From: Gaiellaceae bacterium
Lineage (GTDB): Bacteria; Actinomycetota; Thermoleophilia; Gaiellales; Gaiellaceae
DNA length: 41,488 bases
Assembly (NCBI GenBank): GCA_035702625.1
Contig: DASSQG010000164.1
Coordinates: 1 to 41,488, forward strand
Reading direction: 5' to 3'
Part shown: piece by piece, positions 1-7,071 of the stretch
Layout of the letters: every line of letters begins with the position of its first letter
How positions within the stretch are numbered: position 1 is the stretch's first letter
Made by a program: the position numbers and the translations under genes
Notes under the pieces: generated by a model
What the model was told of the DNA's origin: nothing
The model's database searches: none
What the model saw: only the letters and a program-made list of their open reading frames with translations

Positions 1-86
1 CGAACGCCATGCCCAACTTCGGTCAGACGTTGTCGGACAAGCAGATCGCCGACCTCGTCGCGTTCCTGACCCAGAAGCAGGGTTGA
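1..86 (+). CDS. c-type cytochrome, C-terminal fragment (gene begins upstream of the window)
   Basis: The frame from nt 3 reads NAMPNFGQTLSDKQIADLVAFLTQKQG-stop. The MP.F...LSD..I.DLVAFL pattern matches the Met-ligand and C-terminal helix of class I cytochromes c. The TGA at 84-86 overlaps the serS TTG start (TTGA). Confidence 0.5.
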   Translation, partial: NAMPNFGQTLSDKQIADLVAFLTQKQG

Positions 87-1285
87 TCGACCTCAAGGCC
101 GCGCGGGCCGAGCCCGACCGGCTCCGGCCCGGAATCGCCCGCAAGGGAGGCGCCGACGCGTTCGAGGAACTGCTGGCCGCGGACGAGCAGCGCCGGGAGC
201 TGATCCCGCGCGTCGACGAGCTCCGCAGCCGCCAGAAGCTGAAGGGCAAGCCGACGCCCGAGCAGGTCGAGGAGCTGAAGCAGGTCAAGGAGGACCTGCG
301 CGCGCTCGAGGAGCAGCTCGGCGCCGCGGACGAGCGGGTCGACGAGCTGCTGCGCAAGGTGCCGAACCCGGCGCACGACTCGGTTCCGGACGAGGTGACC
401 GACGACGCCGAGGGCGACGTCGTCCGCATCGTCGGCGAGCCGCCGTCGATCGAGCACCCGAAGGACCACCTCGAGCTCGGGCGCTTCGAGATGGAGCGCG
501 CGGCGCGGCTCTCTGGCTCGCGCTTCGGCTACGTCGTCGGCGACACCGCGCGGCTCGCGCTCGCGCTCTACCGCTGGGCGCTCGACCGCGTCGTCGCGCA
601 GGGCTTCACGCCCGTGCTGCCGCCGGTGCTCGTCCGCGAGGAGGCGATGTACGGCACCGGCTTCTTCCCGGCGGAGCGGTTCGAGATCTACGAGGTCGCC
701 GACGAGGGGCTGTACCTGACCGGCACCTCGGAGGTCGCGCTCGCGGGGCTGCACATGACGGAGATCCTCGACCGCGACGAGCTGCCGCTGCACTACACGG
801 CGTTCTCGGCCAACTTCCGCCGCGAAGCCGGCGCGGCCGGGCGCGACACGCGCGGCATGTTCCGCGTGCACCAGTTCAACAAGGTCGAGATGTTCTCGTA
901 CGTCCTCCCCGAGGAGTCGTGGGACGAGCACGAGCGGCTGCTCGCGGCCGAGGAGTCGCTCGCGAGCGAGCTCGGGCTGCCGTACCGCGTCGTCAACATC
1001 GCCGCCGCCGAGCTGAGCGCCGCCGCGGCAAAGCGCTACGACATCGAGGCGTGGTTCCCGTCGCAGGAGCGCTACCGCGAGATCACCTCGGCGTCGAACA
1101 CGACCGACTACCAGGCACGCCGGCTCGGGATCCGCTACCGCGGCGACCGCGGCACCGAGCATGTCCACACGCTGAACGGCACCGCAGTGACCGACCGCTG
1201 GGTGCTCGCGGTGCTGGAGAACTTCCAGGGCGAGGTTCCGGACGTGCTGCAGGAGTTCGGCGCTCCCGCCCGGGTCGAGCGCTAG
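83..1285 (+). CDS. serS: seryl-tRNA synthetase
   Basis: 400-aa ORF with an N-terminal coiled-coil arm. It carries class II aaRS motifs (TGTSEVALAGLH, FRREAGAAGRDTRGMFRVHQFNKVEMF, TLNGTAVTDRWVLAVLEN). TTG start at 83. Confidence 0.95.
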   Translation: MIDLKAARAEPDRLRPGIARKGGADAFEELLAADEQRRELIPRVDELRSRQKLKGKPTPEQVEELKQVKEDLRALEEQLGAADERVDELLRKVPNPAHDSVPDEVTDDAEGDVVRIVGEPPSIEHPKDHLELGRFEMERAARLSGSRFGYVVGDTARLALALYRWALDRVVAQGFTPVLPPVLVREEAMYGTGFFPAERFEIYEVADEGLYLTGTSEVALAGLHMTEILDRDELPLHYTAFSANFRREAGAAGRDTRGMFRVHQFNKVEMFSYVLPEESWDEHERLLAAEESLASELGLPYRVVNIAAAELSAAAAKRYDIEAWFPSQERYREITSASNTTDYQARRLGIRYRGDRGTEHVHTLNGTAVTDRWVLAVLENFQGEVPDVLQEFGAPARVER

Positions 1286-1315
1286 ACGAGCGGCCCTGCT
1301 CGAGGGCCGCTCGTC
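1285..1315. terminator. hairpin between convergent serS and cupredoxin genes
   Basis: Perfect 12-bp inverted repeat: GACGAGCGGCCC (1285-1296), loop TGCTCGA, GGGCCGCTCGTC (1304-1315). It starts at the last base of the serS stop codon. There is no U-tract. Confidence 0.6.
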
Positions 1316-1339
1316 GCGCCGTGAATGCGGCCCGCCGCG

Positions 1340-1723
1340 CTAGGTGATCGTGAACACGCCTTTCATCCCGAGCGCCGCGTGGCCCGTGACGAAGCACTTG
1401 TAGGGATAGTGGCCCTTGCGCAGGAAGGTCATCCGCAGGGTCGCGGACTTCCCGGGCGAGATCAGCCGCGTCTTCCGTCCTTTGATCTCGAAGCCGTGCT
1501 GAATCGCGCCGACGTTCTTCACCTTGAAGACGACGACGCCACGTTTCGCCGTCTTCTTGCTCAGCGTGATCTTGTACTCCTTCTCGGTCACGTTGACCGT
1601 CGTGAGCAGGGCCGCTCGCGCAGTCATATGCGGGGCCGTCGGCCGAAGGGGTGCCGCGGCCGAGGTCCCTGCGCCTGCCGCCAGCACGGACGCTGCCGAA
1701 GCAGCGAGGAGCATCCGCGTCAT
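1340..1723 (-). CDS. exported cupredoxin (type-1 copper) domain protein
   Basis: ATG at 1723 is preceded by GGAGGA. Signal peptide MTRMLLAASAASVLAAGAG. The C-terminal motif YKCFVTGHAALGM gives Cys-x4-His-x4-Met copper ligands, plus an upstream His in IQHGFEI. The track ORF runs on to 1894 only because it reads through the tRNA gene. Confidence 0.8.
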   Translation of the reverse strand: MTRMLLAASAASVLAAGAGTSAAAPLRPTAPHMTARAALLTTVNVTEKEYKITLSKKTAKRGVVVFKVKNVGAIQHGFEIKGRKTRLISPGKSATLRMTFLRKGHYPYKCFVTGHAALGMKGVFTIT

Positions 1724-1813
1724 CAGTCCTCCTTGAGGTGGCGGGTGGGAGATCGTACCAGCGGCGAGACGGGGGTCGATGACCGAGAAAACCCGCTTAA
1801 CTAGACGGGCGGC

Positions 1814-1902
1814 GGCGGGGTGCCGGAGCGGTCGAACGGGGCGGTCTTGAAAACCGCTAGCGCCGTAACAGGCGCTCGTGGGTTCGAATCCCACCCCCGC
1901 CG
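1814..1902 (+). tRNA. tRNA-Ser (anticodon UGA)
   Basis: Hand fold: acceptor GGCGGGG/CCCCGCC, D-arm CCG-GAGCGGTCGAA-CGG, anticodon stem GCGGT/ACCGC with loop CTTGAAA. It has a long variable arm, T-arm GTGGG-TTCGAAT-CCCAC and discriminator G. CCA is not encoded. Confidence 0.9.
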
Positions 1903-2310
1903 TGAAACCCTGGATTTGCGGGGGCTCACGCAGACCAACCGCCGGCCCGTGGTTGAGGAGGCGTCGTAAGGCTGGGCGGCTCTTCCTCTCCCGCCGTCCG
2001 GGAGAGGGTGGGCGTGTCAGTCAGTCCCCCCAAGAGCCGCCCGCCACATAAACGGACGCCCGCACGCGGCCAAGCTTGCGATTTGGACATGACCGACAGA
2101 GGCGTCGAGCGACGCGGCTTGAGGTTCCGTAGGTTCAGAGCGGACGGGTGGACGCACTCATTTCCGCACGCTGGCCCAGGCTACTCCTCGCCATCCCAGG
2201 AACGACCCGAAGCGCGCCAGCCCTCAGCCCGGATGCCTCGATCCTCGACCGCCGCGGGCCTCGGGGACGGCCACGTTGATTCTGCCGCCCCCGAGGCTCG
2301 AACCCGTCCG

Positions 2311-2799
2311 TCAGCCGATCGCCTCGAGCGCGTTGCAGAATGGGGCTTGGCCCTGATCGAGGACGTCGTGCGGGCCGTGAACAACGACGCCTCCAGGCCC
2401 GAAACGGACAAAGCCGACATCGTGGAACCGCAGCCCGAGACCGGGATAGGTCTGCTGGTAGATCTGGCCGATGTTCGTCTCGGTGTCTGTCGCGTAGTCG
2501 TAGCGGGTCGTCCACGTCCCCATCAGGGTCATCGAGGCGGACGGGTCGTCCGAGCGCCAGTTCGTCTCGACTCGCTTCGACTGGACGACGTCCATGACCG
2601 GGTTCCCCGCCTTGTCGAACGTCGTCATGCCGGACAACTCGACCGACCCCTCCCAGACGTCGTCGAACGCGCCACACGAGACAGCGCCCGAGTACGTGAA
2701 CGAGTCCGAGAACCGTTCGGGCGGCTTCGCCGCAGCCGTGCCGGCGACCAGCAGCGCAACGCCGCAGGCCGTCGCGATTGCCGTAAGGAACCTCTTCAT
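2311..2799 (-). CDS. exported hypothetical protein
   Basis: ATG at 2799 follows a GGGAAGG-like SD. Signal peptide MKRFLTAIATACGVALLVAGTAAA. GC3 is high in this frame. I recognised no family motif. Confidence 0.65.
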   Translation of the reverse strand: MKRFLTAIATACGVALLVAGTAAAKPPERFSDSFTYSGAVSCGAFDDVWEGSVELSGMTTFDKAGNPVMDVVQSKRVETNWRSDDPSASMTLMGTWTTRYDYATDTETNIGQIYQQTYPGLGLRFHDVGFVRFGPGGVVVHGPHDVLDQGQAPFCNALEAIG

Positions 2800-2972
2800 G
2801 CCTGCCTTCCCCTGTTCTCCCCCCGGGTTTGGGCATGCAACACGTATCACGATGTCCCACGGCTGACAACAGCGAGGAGCGACCTACTGCGGCAGTCGCA
2901 CGAACGATCGGCACGCTCGAACCCCGTAGGGTCGGTCTGCGACGGCCAACGAGCGATCCCGCGCGCCGCCCC

Positions 2973-3728
2973 TCAGGACTTTGGCTGGCCCCGCTTCAGA
3001 ACGGTCGTCGCCACGCGCACGCCCATCCGCCCGGGCATCAGGGCGACGTCCCACATCTGGTTGACGACCCCGCCGACCGGGAGGTCCTCGGCGATCGCCT
3101 CGACCATGTCGTCCGACGCCTCGAGCAGGTCGCTGCCCACGTCGACGACGCCCTCGGCCATGTCGCCCGCGATCGGCACCGCCGCCGCCGCGATCTCGAC
3201 GGTGATCGCCGGAGCGAGCCGCTCGAGCGTCGCGCGCACGGCCTCGTCCGCCTCGTCGCGGGCGCGCTGGAGATCGTCCAGCGATTCCTGCCGGCCGCCG
3301 CGGAAGACGCGCCACCAGCTCCACCCGGTGACGCGACCGGCGCGCACCGCGAGCGCCACCGCGAGCAGCCCGCCGAGCGCGATCCACACGACGGCCAGGA
3401 TGAGGGCCGCCAGCCACGGCGCCACGGCGGACGAGAGCCCGAGATACGCAGCGACGTTGACGAACACGAACGCCGTCAGGAACGCGACCGCCGTTATGAC
3501 CGCCGCGGCGAGATCCCGCGCTGCCCGCCGCACCTCGGGCATGTGCCGCGACGCGGTGAGCTGTGCCTCGCAGAAGCCCAGGACGCTCAGGTCGCGCCCG
3601 AGCTGCACGAACAGCTCGGTGACGGTCTCGTCTTCCGCGTCGTCGGGCTCGTCGGTCTCGACGCCTTCGTCCACCACCACCGTGTCCTCGTCCGGCGCTG
3701 CGACAAACGGATCCCGCGTCTCAGCCAC
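2973..3728 (-). CDS. membrane protein, Holin-X-like (phage holin family) core with acidic N- and C-terminal tails
   Basis: 251-aa ORF with an acidic N-terminus and two long hydrophobic helices (AAAVITAVAFLTAFVFVNVAAYLGL and WLAALILAVVWIALGGLLAVALAV). The layout resembles actinobacterial Holin-X proteins. This assignment is tentative. Confidence 0.55.
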   Translation of the reverse strand: MAETRDPFVAAPDEDTVVVDEGVETDEPDDAEDETVTELFVQLGRDLSVLGFCEAQLTASRHMPEVRRAARDLAAAVITAVAFLTAFVFVNVAAYLGLSSAVAPWLAALILAVVWIALGGLLAVALAVRAGRVTGWSWWRVFRGGRQESLDDLQRARDEADEAVRATLERLAPAITVEIAAAAVPIAGDMAEGVVDVGSDLLEASDDMVEAIAEDLPVGGVVNQMWDVALMPGRMGVRVATTVLKRGQPKS

Positions 3729-3801
3729 GTCCGAGGTGCAGGCTAGCCCGAATCACGCCCGGTCGTTGACTCTCGCCGCGTCGGGTAGGAAGGTGGTCTG
3801 C

Positions 3802-4203
3802 ATGACTGCAATGGAAACGCCGGCGGCGGCACCCGCCGAAGGGCCGATCGGCCGGCCGCGTGGAGTTGCGTTCGCGATCGTCCTCTCGATCGTGACGCTC
3901 GGCATTTACCACCTCTACTGGGTGTTCAAGAACTTCGACGAGATGCATCGCCACACGCGTCAGGGAATCGGTGGCGTGCTGGCGCTGGTCATCGAGATCG
4001 TGATCGCGCCCGTCATCTGGTTCGTGATGCCGTCCGAGGTCGGGAGGATGTACCGCGACGACGGCCGCCCTGGACCGATGACCGGCTGGACCGGGCTCTG
4101 GATCCTGCTGCCGATCGTCGGCTGGTTCGTCTGGATGGTCAAGATCCAGCGCGCTCTGAACCGCTACTGGGAGAGCAAGGCAGGGCTCGAGCCCGGCAGC
4201 TAG
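3802..4203 (+). CDS. DUF4234-like small membrane protein
   Basis: ATG at 3802 follows AGGAAGGTGG. The sequence SIVTLGIYHLYWVFKNFDEM and WFVWMVKIQRALNRYW are typical DUF4234 hallmarks. Only the last 133 codons of the 731-aa track ORF look real. Confidence 0.75.
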   Translation: MTAMETPAAAPAEGPIGRPRGVAFAIVLSIVTLGIYHLYWVFKNFDEMHRHTRQGIGGVLALVIEIVIAPVIWFVMPSEVGRMYRDDGRPGPMTGWTGLWILLPIVGWFVWMVKIQRALNRYWESKAGLEPGS

Positions 4204-5900
4204 CCGACGCCGCCGCAGCTCGCGGCGCGGTGGGCGTCGTCGTCGACGACCATCTCGAGCACCGTGTCGGCCGTCTCAGCAGCCCGGAGCCGGAACGCCC
4301 CGGCGCGGCGGATCTCGAGCCGCGTCATGCCGCCGGCGCCGCGCAGCGGGCAGAGGGCACCGGCGCGCACGCGCCACAGTTGCGTGTAGTGGACGCGGAG
4401 CAGGTACGAGCCCGGCCTCGACGTCCAGCCCGCGATGCCGGAGAAGCTGAGGCTGGTGAGCGCCGACCGGCCTGGGCCCGTCAGGATCGGCGTCGCCCGC
4501 GGCAGCTCGTAGACGCTGCCGTGACTCGCGGCGAAGACGCGCACGAGGCCTGAGCTCCCGCTCCGCAGCAGGCGCGCCTCGGCAACGGAGTTCGCGGCGG
4601 GCGTGTCGCGCGCGAGCAAGACGTAGCGGACGCCGACGGTGCGCAGCCACGCGCGGTACGCGGCAGCGGTGAGCCCGCGCCTGTTCAGCCCGGGATTCAT
4701 CCCATTGTCGAGCTGCTGGTACCAGCCGCGTGCGATCGCGAAGCCAGCGCGCGGGACGTAGTACGCCTCCCAGTGGTTGACCGTCGGGACGACCTCGAGG
4801 CGGTAGTCGCGCGCCGAGTGCGCGCGGACGTAGCGCAGCAGCGGAGACCAGAAGGACGCCTGTGCGGCAGGGTCCGAGCGCGTGATCACGGTGGCGACGT
4901 ACGGCCCGAGGTTCGCCGCGAGCGCGATCGCCAGCGCGGAGTAGGCGAGCCAGCGCGGGCGGAACCGGCAGAGCACGGCGGCCAGCAGCATCAGCGGGAA
5001 GACGACCGCGCCGGGCCGCAGCAGGTTGTGCCCGACCGGCGACGGCACGACGTACGCGAGCACCGTCGCGACCGTCCAGACGAGGAAGAGCCAGAAGAGC
5101 GGCCGGGCAGCGCGGCTTCGGGAAGCGAGCGCGATGCCGACGACGCCGACCGGCAGCCCGAGCACCAGCCGCCAGAGGCCGAACGGGTAGTAGAGCCCGG
5201 GCGTCGGGAAGAGGAGCAGTGCGCCGAGCTCGACCGCGACCAGGACGCCGAGCGACGCGCCGACGATCAGGATCCGCGAGCGCGGCTGCGAGGACCCGAT
5301 CCACAGCGCGAGGAGCGTCAGGCCGAGAAGCAGGAACGCGAGCGGGCTGCAGCCGAGCGTCAGCGCCGCACAGGCGACCGCGAGCCAGGTGCGGCCGCGC
5401 TGCAGCGCCCAGAGCGTCGCCAACAGCGCCGCGAACCCGGCCGTGTACGGATAGTCGCCCGTGAAGAACTGGCCGCCGGCAACGGCTGCGAAGGCGTACG
5501 CCGGCCACCGTGCCTCGGCTCCGAAGGTCCGGAGCACCAGCGACGCGAACAGCAGCCCCGACGCGACGACCGCCACCGCCGCGAGTGCGGGGTTCCCGAA
5601 CAGCGCCGCCGGCAGGTAGTAGAAGAGGCTGTACGAGACGAGCGGGTACTGGCCGGCGAACCAGAGGTTGTCCCAGAGCAGCGCGCCGTGCTCGACGAGC
5701 AGCGTCCGGTAGAGATGCGCGGCGGCGTCTCCCCCGCGCGGAACGACCAGCGCGAGGGCAAGCGCGGCGGAGCCGGCGATGGCGCACGCCCGCCAGAGCA
5801 CCCATCGTTCGGCCCGGGACGTGGCTTCGAGGACGTTCCGGCGCACGCGATGAACCCCGACGATTGTGGCACCGACCCGCAAGGCGCGCGGCAGTATCAC
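4200..5900 (-). CDS. polytopic integral membrane protein (GT-C-like topology; function unassigned)
   Basis: 566-aa ORF with at least 10 hydrophobic helices, followed by a soluble C-terminal domain of about 200 aa. GTG start at 5900; the start is uncertain. Its stop overlaps the DUF4234 stop (CTAG at 4200-4203). Confidence 0.65.
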   Translation of the reverse strand: MILPRALRVGATIVGVHRVRRNVLEATSRAERWVLWRACAIAGSAALALALVVPRGGDAAAHLYRTLLVEHGALLWDNLWFAGQYPLVSYSLFYYLPAALFGNPALAAVAVVASGLLFASLVLRTFGAEARWPAYAFAAVAGGQFFTGDYPYTAGFAALLATLWALQRGRTWLAVACAALTLGCSPLAFLLLGLTLLALWIGSSQPRSRILIVGASLGVLVAVELGALLLFPTPGLYYPFGLWRLVLGLPVGVVGIALASRSRAARPLFWLFLVWTVATVLAYVVPSPVGHNLLRPGAVVFPLMLLAAVLCRFRPRWLAYSALAIALAANLGPYVATVITRSDPAAQASFWSPLLRYVRAHSARDYRLEVVPTVNHWEAYYVPRAGFAIARGWYQQLDNGMNPGLNRRGLTAAAYRAWLRTVGVRYVLLARDTPAANSVAEARLLRSGSSGLVRVFAASHGSVYELPRATPILTGPGRSALTSLSFSGIAGWTSRPGSYLLRVHYTQLWRVRAGALCPLRGAGGMTRLEIRRAGAFRLRAAETADTVLEMVVDDDAHRAASCGGVG

Positions 5901-5980
5901 CGGTGGACGCGCGTGACGCGGAGCTCAGGAGGAAAACGCAGGTCTATGCGGCAGTTCTCGGGCGTGGCTAGCGTGAGCTC

Positions 5981-7021
5981 GTGACCAGTCCGGCCACGTC
6001 GGCCAACCGGCTTCGCCGGGCTCGCGGCTGGATCGAGGCCCGCCCGCTGCTCGCGCTCGTCGCGCCGACGGTGCTCGCCCTCGGCGCAGTGGCCGGCCTC
6101 GCGTACATCGCCGGGAGCGAGCGCCTCGACCGTGCGGCGCGCAACCTCCACCCCTCCTGGCTGCTGCTCTGCCTCGGAGGGGAGCTGCTCGCCTACGCCG
6201 GCTACGTCGTCATGGTGCGGGACACCGCGAAGGTCGACAACGGGCCCAAGCTGAGCTTCGGCCGCTCGCTGCAGGCGGTCGTCGCGGGCTTCGGCGTCTT
6301 CGCGGCGACCCGCTCGAGCGGCGGCTTCGCCGTCGACTACTGGGTGCTGCGCAGCGCCGGCGAGGACAAGGACGGCGCAGTCGCCCGCGTGCTCGCGCTC
6401 GGCGCGCTGGAGTACGCGGTCCTGGCGCCCGCCGCGCTCATCTCGTCGATCGCGATCCTGGTCTCGGGCGAGGACATCCCGCTCTCGCTCACCCTTCCGT
6501 GGCTGCTCGTTATCCCGGGCGCGATCGGCGCGATCTGGGTGAGCGCGCCGGAGCGGGCGGCCCGCTACTCGCAGCCGAGCGGCGACGGCCGCATCGCAAA
6601 CACCTTCGCGCACGCCGTGCGAGGGCTCTCGATCCTGCGGACGATGTTCACGTCGACGCCGCGGGAGCACGGGCTCGGCCTGCTCGGGACGGCGGCGTAC
6701 TGGGCCGGCGACATCGCCTGTCTCTGGGGAGCCCTGCAGGTCTTCGGCAACCCGCGGCTCTCGGTTCCGGCGCTGATCCTCGGCTACGCGACGGGCTACG
6801 TCCTGACGCGCCGCTCACTGCCCGCCGGCGGCGCCGGCGTGGTCGAGATCGCGCTCACTTTCGCGCTGCACTGGGTCGGCTTCCCGTTCGTCCGCGCCCT
6901 CCTCGGCGTGGTCGTCTACCGGCTGTTCAACCTCTGGCTGCCGATCCTCCCCGCGCTCGCGACGCTCCCGGCCGTGAACGAGCTCCGCGCCGAGCTCGAC
7001 GTCGCCGAAGACGAGGCGTAG
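5981..7021 (+). CDS. UPF0104 / lysylphosphatidylglycerol-synthase transmembrane-region family membrane protein
   Basis: 346-aa multi-helix ORF with a GTG start. The pattern YWVLR...GALEY...AYWAGDIACLW...GYATGYVLTRRSLPAGGAGVVE is characteristic of the flippase-like UPF0104 family. Confidence 0.7.
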   Translation: MTSPATSANRLRRARGWIEARPLLALVAPTVLALGAVAGLAYIAGSERLDRAARNLHPSWLLLCLGGELLAYAGYVVMVRDTAKVDNGPKLSFGRSLQAVVAGFGVFAATRSSGGFAVDYWVLRSAGEDKDGAVARVLALGALEYAVLAPAALISSIAILVSGEDIPLSLTLPWLLVIPGAIGAIWVSAPERAARYSQPSGDGRIANTFAHAVRGLSILRTMFTSTPREHGLGLLGTAAYWAGDIACLWGALQVFGNPRLSVPALILGYATGYVLTRRSLPAGGAGVVEIALTFALHWVGFPFVRALLGVVVYRLFNLWLPILPALATLPAVNELRAELDVAEDEA

Positions 7022-7071
7022 GACGGATCACCTTTCCGGGGGATCTCCGGGAAGCTTTTGACCTGGAAACT

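Noticed and set aside
1724-1894. N-terminal 57 codons of the 184-aa minus-strand ORF (MGFEPTSACYG...)
   Set aside because: This stretch is the reverse-complement translation of the tRNA-Ser(UGA) gene; GFEPT corresponds to the T-loop. The real cupredoxin start is ATG 1723, which has a GGAGGA SD.
1903-2310. 408-bp non-coding gap 3-prime of tRNA-Ser(UGA), checked as a possible integration scar or ncRNA
   Set aside because: I found no duplicate of the tRNA 3-prime end, no integrase and no convincing ORF. The gap contains only two GC hairpins (1985-2007 and 2259-2296), which are compatible with terminators of the flanking convergent genes. The adjacent gene has normal GC3.
2008-3801. N-terminal 598 codons of the 731-aa + strand ORF
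   Set aside because: This stretch overlaps two well-supported minus-strand genes (2311-2799 and 2973-3728). Its sequence is low-complexity. Only the final 133 codons, from ATG 3802 with an SD, form a recognisable DUF4234 protein.
4200-4203. Convergent genes sharing overlapping stop codons in CTAG (also at 10840-10843), plus longer tail-to-tail overlaps at 12667-12689
   Set aside because: These are real features of the sequence. However, compact tail-to-tail overlaps are common in high-GC genomes, and nothing suggests a specific function.
6499-7071. Upstream extension of the c-di-GMP protein ORF
   Set aside because: The extension overlaps the 3-prime half of the UPF0104 membrane-protein gene in another frame and is Arg/Pro-rich. 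The first ATG after that gene's stop (7072) precedes the first GAF domain.
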